This document shows, piece after piece, positions 57,678 to 64,000 of a stretch of 64,000 nt of DNA. This stretch comes from Octopus vulgaris (Eukaryota). The number at the start of each line of letters is the position of its first letter. Position 1 is the stretch's first letter. Location of the stretch: the NCBI GenBank assembly GCA_951406725.2, contig OX597835.1, positions 16,926,001 through 16,990,000 on the forward strand, in the 5' to 3' direction. The translations under genes and the position numbers were made by a program. The notes beneath the pieces were generated by a model, which made no database searches, was not told where the DNA came from, and saw only the letters and a list, made by a program, of their open reading frames with translations.

Positions 57678-59516
57678 ACAAGAGAGGACGAATGGTTTCG
57701 ACTATGCCAAAAACGAAGGTTTAACCGTAATAATAAACAACAACAGCGAACCTGTCATCTTTCTTTACAACCTCCATTTTTTTGCATAACCTGTCCCTTG
57801 CAAACCTCATTGTTGCTGCCACCACAGCACTCACCATTGTCGACAGTGTACGTCTTTATAAAACACTTTATGAATCAAAAAGAACTAAAACCAAACGAGT
57901 GTCACACTTTTAATAGCTACAGTTCACTTGGCCACTGTATGTTACAATCAGTAACATTATAGTCTGTCTGAAAGCTGAATTAAAACTCCACTTCATACAG
58001 CAGTTAAATTTTACTTGTTACTTCAATCTATTTAATACCGGGGACAAATTAGTGTAATTTAAAGTGGTCGCATTTGCTCAGGTAACATTTTCTCTTATCT
58101 TTTGATGAGATGAAATGGACGACAAGAGCTGCTGCAGCAGACATGCGCAGAAAGCGGGGGGAGAAAACGTCATTATCTTTATGGCTGTGTAAACTCACGT
58201 AACGTTAGACTTCCACCCTAAAAGCTTTCTTATCTCCGACTATTCTTGTCATCATCGTAAAACATTTATTTCAATTCAATTACTGACTTTTCAGCCTCTT
58301 CTTCCCCTTCAGGCTAATTTTAAATAAGCTTTGACGTGATTATTCCATGTAAAAACGAAAAAAAAAAAAGAAGAGAGATAGAAATGAAATAAAATAAAAT
58401 ATAAAATAAAGAAGGAATGAAAAAGAAAGTGAAGAGAAACGACCATAAAACGAAAGGACAACAACAACAACAATAACAGTAGCAACAAGAATAACAATAT
58501 GGAGGAAAACAAATAAATGAAGAAGAATAGAATAAAATAGAATAAAATCAAACAAGAAATGAACGCCTGACTTTCACATTCACATGACTAAAGCTTTGAT
58601 TCCTCTCACCTTACTAGTGTAATCGAAATGGTGTCATAAAGAACGCAAATACCTTTAGGCTACTGTACGTAACATTAACAAGGAGAAGAAAAAGAATTAG
58701 GAGAAGAAGGAGAAAAAGAAACTGGGGAGGAAGAAGGTGGGTGGAGGAGGTGTAGCACAGGGACGGGAGGAGCGGGAAGAGGAGAAGAGCAAAGGTAACA
58801 GCTACAGCAACGGCGAAACAACAACAATTTGTAGCAGCTGTAGTAGTTATAATGATGACAACAGCAACTGTAACCTTCGTTGTAATGTCAACGAAGAACT
58901 GAAAACTGTTTCGGGAAAAAAATAAAATGAGGCGGCAGCAACACCATCGGCGATGATGACAATATCACTGTCACCGTCACCGACACAACGACGGCGACGA
59001 AGAGAACGATGACGACGACCAACACTACCAGCATCAGTACCAGCAGCACCACCGGCACCAGTACCACCACCACCACCACCACCACCACCACCACCATCAC
59101 AAGCACCAACAGCACCGGCATCCATCATCAGCAGTAGTACCTCCACTACCCCAACAACAAAAGCAACGATGACAATGATGACGATCTCTACCACCGACAC
59201 CGATACCAGCACCATAACCACCACCACCATCTTCACCACCACTACTATCGTCACCACAACCTACAACAAAAACAAGATCGGCGACGAGTGCCGCCACCAC
59301 CACTACTGCCATTAACAACAACAACAACCGCCATCACCACCACCACCACCACCACCACCACCACCACCACCAACACCAATAGCAACAACGACAATAACAA
59401 CGACGACGACCACTACCACCGCTACTACCAATACCACTATCAACAACAACAATAAAGCCAAAACGACAGCGCCCACAACCACCACCACCACCACCACCAC
59501 CACCACCACCACCACC

Positions 59517-59548
<32 letters not shown>

Positions 59549-59581
59549 CAACACCGCCATCACCATCAACAGCAACAGCAA

Positions 59582-59955
59582 GTAGAGGTGCAATGGCCCA
59601 ATGGTTAGGGCAGTGGACTCGCGGTCGGAGGATCGCGGTTTCGATTCCCAGACCGGGCGTTGTGTGTGTTTATTGAGCGAAAACACCTAAAGCTCCACGA
59701 AGCTCCGGCAGGGGGTGGTGGCGACCACTGTTGTACTCTTTCGACCCAACTTTCTCTCACTCTTTCTTCCTGTTTCTTGTCCTCCCCGACTTCCTACGCA
59801 ACCGCTGAGCCTGGATGCGCATTCATCCATCCGTCGATGCTCTCGGTGTCGGGGGGTGACCTGCTTTCTCTTCTGCAGGTCTTACGAATAGCAAAGGACC
59901 AGGTTACGGACTTCTCCCATCTTGCGAGCTCTGGGACAAAGACCGTTCGCTCAAC
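59582..59955 (+). mobile_element. Family C tRNA head with an alternative 3' tail
   Basis: The first ~190 nt match the start of 61461-61843; the tail is unrelated and ends in CAG/CAC repeats. Confidence 0.85.
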
Positions 59956-60699
59956 AGCATCAGCAGCACCACCACCACCACCACCACTAACAGCAACAAT
60001 AACGATGACAATGACGACGACGACGACATCTACAACATCTCCACCACCACCACCACCACCACCACCACAAGCACTACCATAACCACCACCACTACTACCA
60101 CCATAACCACCACCACCACCACCGCCACCACCACCGCCACCACCACCATAACCACCACCACCACTACTGCTACCATCAACAACGACAGACTCGCAGCTGC
60201 GATGATCGTCTGGCAATAGCATCGCAGTTGCGAGAACATCATCATCATCACCACCACCACCAACAACAGCAGCAACTACAAATGTATCGCCGACAATAAC
60301 AACAACAGCAACAACAACAACAACAACAACATACCAATAACCGAATCAGCATGGGCGACAACAATGCTAGAAATAACCGCAACAGGCAGAGCAACAATGA
60401 TTGTGGTTACAGTGAGATACGCAACATCTACTCATCGAAGATCGATATTGAGATATCTCTAAAGTTAAAGTAGATAAGTAATCTGATCGATTGGTTCGAT
60501 ATGTGACACGTGATTTAAGGCACTTCGAGAATGTTTATCGGGAAAGAACGCTACAACACAACGAAGGTTAAACAAGCATCGTAATGAGAAAAAAAAACCG
60601 CTCATTACAACGCAGGTTAAAAGTGATTGGTGAGAAGTGGATCTGGGTCGAGAGTAGAAAGTCAGAGAGGAATAGAACTCGATATGATTGGCTTGGATC

Positions 60700-61206
60700 T
60701 ACGTCGGTGGCGACGACGAGCGTTGCAGTTGACATGATCAACGGAACAACCTGTTTGGAAATTAACTTGCGAGCTGGCAGAAACGTTAGCACGTCGGGCG
60801 AAATGTTTAGCGGTATTTCGTCTGCCGTTACGTTGTGAGTTCAAATTCCGCCGAGGTCGACTTTACCTTTCATCCTTTCGGGTTCGATAAATTAAGTACC
60901 AGTTACGCACTGGGGGTCGATGTAATCGACTTATTACCTATGTCTGTCCTTGTTTGTCCCTTCTATGTTTAGCCCCTTGTGGGTAATAAAGAAATGGGGG
61001 GGGGGGGAATTAACTTGCCCGGAGCTCTCGGGCAGATTCAGCGTGACACGGAGTGTGAGAAGGCTGGCCCTTTCGAATTAGTGGCACAGCTAAGTGGACA
61101 GCAGCAACGTGAAGTACTGTTTCGCTCAAGGATACAATGCACCGCCTGGATTTGAACTCGTGACGTTACGATCGTGAGGGGAACACTCTAACCACTAAGC
61201 CAAGCG
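60700..61206 (-). mobile_element. Old F/C-type SINE interrupted by a family B SINE (60771-60995, + strand)
   Basis: 11-bp TSD AATTAACTTGC at 60760-60770 and 61008-61018; 12-G run at the 3' junction. Confidence 0.85.
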
Positions 61207-61460
61207 GTGAGGAGTAGATTTTGGTACGGAGCGGAGACTTGCAAGGAGATTGCTTCTGCAAGTGCTGTCAATCGAAACCTCCGCTCGTAGGGTTCAGGGT
61301 TTATCAGTTAAGAATATGAACCGTTTCGGGGATTTCTTTCGACGATTTTTTAACAGTGTGCCGATCCGACTGGATCAACTGACTAGGTTAGCTTACAAGA
61401 GAATATAATATTTCGAGTCAAATTGCCGGTACTTATAACTTGTATAGACACAGGTTGACC

Positions 61461-61843
61461 GTGGAGGCGCAATAACCCAGTGGTTAGAGCAGCGGACTCG
61501 CGGTCATAGGATCGCGGTTTCGATTCCCAGACCGGGCGTTGTGAGTGTTTATTGAGCGAAAACACCTAAAAGCTCCACGAGGCTCCGGCAGGGGATGGTG
61601 GTAATCCCTGCTGTACTCTTTCACCACAACTTTCTCTCACTCTTACTTCCTGTTTCTGTTGTACCTGTATTTCAAAGGGAGCGGCCTTGTCACTCTCTGT
61701 GTCACGCTGAATATCCCCGAGAACTACGTTAAGGGTACACGTGTCTGTGGAGTGCTCAGCCACTTACACGTTAATTTCACGAGCAGGCTGTTCCGTTGAT
61801 TCGGATCAACCGGAACACTCGTCGTCGTAACCGACGGAGTGCT
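61461..61843 (+). mobile_element. tRNA(Arg)-like SINE family C with 13-bp TSD
   Basis: A-box CCCAGTGG, anticodon-like CTCGCG, B-box GGTTTCGATTCCC; TSD ATAGACACAGGTT at 61444-61456 and 61852-61864. Confidence 0.93.
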
Positions 61844-61883
61844 AAAAGAGGATAGACACAGGTTAATATGGAGCTTCTGTTGT

Positions 61884-61911
61884 GTACTTGCTTCGGCAGT
61901 TCATATACTAA
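61884..61911 (+). pseudogene. U6: U6 snRNA 5' fragment (28 nt)
   Basis: GTACTTGCTTCGGCAGTTCATATACTAA matches the conserved U6 5' stem-loop plus ATATACTAA; the rest of U6 is absent. Confidence 0.7.
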
Positions 61912-62151
61912 GAGGTGGAGTTGTCGTTTAGCACCAGGTCTGTTAGCTCTCACCAAGTAGATCGATGATCAAAGAGGTTGCGGCAAATGAGAATACTCAG
62001 GGTCTAGGAATATCTTGGAAAATATAGTTTTGTGTATTAAGACGATTGGGTGTATGATTTGACGGATTTTGATGCTATTTCTAGTAGATCAAGCTACCGC
62101 TAAGAGATTATTTCGAAGGTTTTTATACATTATCTGGTACAGCTCACTCAC

Positions 62152-62152
<1 letters not shown>

Positions 62153-62230
<78 letters not shown>

Positions 62231-62251
62231 GCCTGTCTGTGTGTCTGTCTG

Positions 62252-62318
<67 letters not shown>

Positions 62319-62384
62319 GCCTGTCTGTGTGTCTGTCTGTCTATCTATCTATCTATCTATCTATCTCTTATAATCTATCTATCA

Positions 62385-62431
<47 letters not shown>
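62153..62431. repeat. (ATCT)n tract
   Basis: Read directly. Confidence 0.95.
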
Positions 62432-62432
<1 letters not shown>

Positions 62433-62860
62433 GCCTAAACATGTATTAACAGATTTATATATACAAACATGGCCATGTTTATCAGTAGAAAGAATCCATC
62501 CCCGCCCCCAATTAGCTGAGATTACTTCCATAAATGGATTAAACTGAAAACATTGCTAACGCGTGACAATCCGATAAAATTCGACACCTTCCGTCATTTT
62601 CTGTTCTATTGCTTTTATTTGATTGCTTCTTTCTCTTTTAGTGTCTTATTTCTTTTCATATAAATATTCCTTTTCATTTTCTGTTTTCCTTCATATATGC
62701 ATGTTTATATATATACACACAAATACACACAGACACAGACACAGACACACATATATAATGTATATATATATATACATAAAAACATATAAGGTGTATATAT
62801 ATATATATATATATATACAAACATATACGTAAATACATACACACATAAGTATGTATGCAC

Positions 62861-62898
<38 letters not shown>

Positions 62899-63041
62899 AT
62901 ACATATGCATATATGTCAATAGAAGAAAAATGTTTATATGCATTTATGTACTTATGTACATATACATACATACAAATAAATGTAAATATATCTTATATCT
63001 GTTAGTGAAATAAAAATGGTTATGTTATATATATGGGTATG

Positions 63042-63090
<49 letters not shown>

Positions 63091-63246
63091 TATATATATA
63101 TGTATGTATGTATTTGTGTGCGTATATATATATATATATATCTATATATATATACACGCACACAAAAGCATACATACATATATACATACATACATGCATA
63201 CATACATACATACATACATACATACATACATACATAAATACATACA

Positions 63247-63278
<32 letters not shown>

Positions 63279-64000
63279 CATACATACATATGTAAATGCG
63301 TACTTACATATATTTTAACCATTTGTCTTCTGCTGACATATATATCATCTAATCAGATGAACGTGTTTTTCACCCAAAACAGTTTACATATAATAAAAAT
63401 TTACTTGTTTGATGTAGAATTTTCTGATTTTCTCCGATTATACTTATACACTTCAACTTCAATATCAAGAATTTTTTTTTCAAAAGAATATTATCCTTTC
63501 CGTGTACAGTGACACTCTAAAACCATTTTAATAGACACTTAAAATAGATATCTCACAAAATGTTCTCTACATCCAAGTCCACCGTTATTTTTCAAAGTTT
63601 CGACTGATTGACTAACTAATTTATTGGTAATTCAATTTACTTAACCTTCTAAATTTTCTGAATTTCATACACTTTCGCAGAAAGTAAAGTGAATCGTCAA
63701 ATCAAAATGACAGTTCCATGTTATTACTAGTTTAACCCCAGGCAGATCTTCCGCTAGCTGGTTATCGGTGCAGCTCTGAACCACGTATATACATATATAC
63801 TACTAGCAGGGCATGTAAACGCCTGCCATTCTCCAGTGGACAATAGTATCGCGAGGCCAAGTCAGTTTTGCGCTGGTTGGCTCAAAATTCAGTCGCAAGT
63901 ACCCGGTCGCTAGAGCGATACCCAGGGTCCTCTCCAGCCAGCAATATATTGTAAACAAAACGGTCATCGGTCACTCATTTTTGCAACAGGCAAAATGAGA

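Noticed and set aside
59582-61540. tRNA-Arg genes at the SINE C heads
   Set aside because: Imperfect cloverleaf continuing into a SINE body, with TSDs on the intact copies; these are SINE heads, not tRNA genes.

Overview
Eukaryotic, AT-rich, microsatellite-saturated animal DNA. The SINE repertoire and repeat density suggest an octopus (inference). Almost all ORFs in the supplied track are simple-repeat artefacts. The real gene is a minus-strand cadherin, reconstructed from six small exons (54399-54477 [tentative], 52101-52172, 40226-40392, 36608-36658, 32185-32274, 16038-16124; 546 nt = 182 codons, splice phases compatible). It encodes a signal peptide, EC1 and the start of EC2 of a CDH23/CDHR1/Cad87A-like (Cr-2) cadherin and continues off the left edge. 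Its introns and flanks hold several tRNA-derived SINE families, remnants of R4/Dong, CR1, RTE, Tx1-like, Penelope-like and Tc1/mariner elements, a piggyBac-type MITE, a 5' U6 fragment and two minisatellites. The most interesting signals are: (1) hammerhead-ribozyme motifs in Penelope-like termini, two of them sense to the cadherin pre-mRNA; (2) an unclassified ~555-bp element that sits in (AAT)n tracts with fixed polarity; (3) two SINE-LINE 3'-tail partnerships visible within the window; (4) long intronic inverted repeats. All calls were made by eye and no database searches were run.
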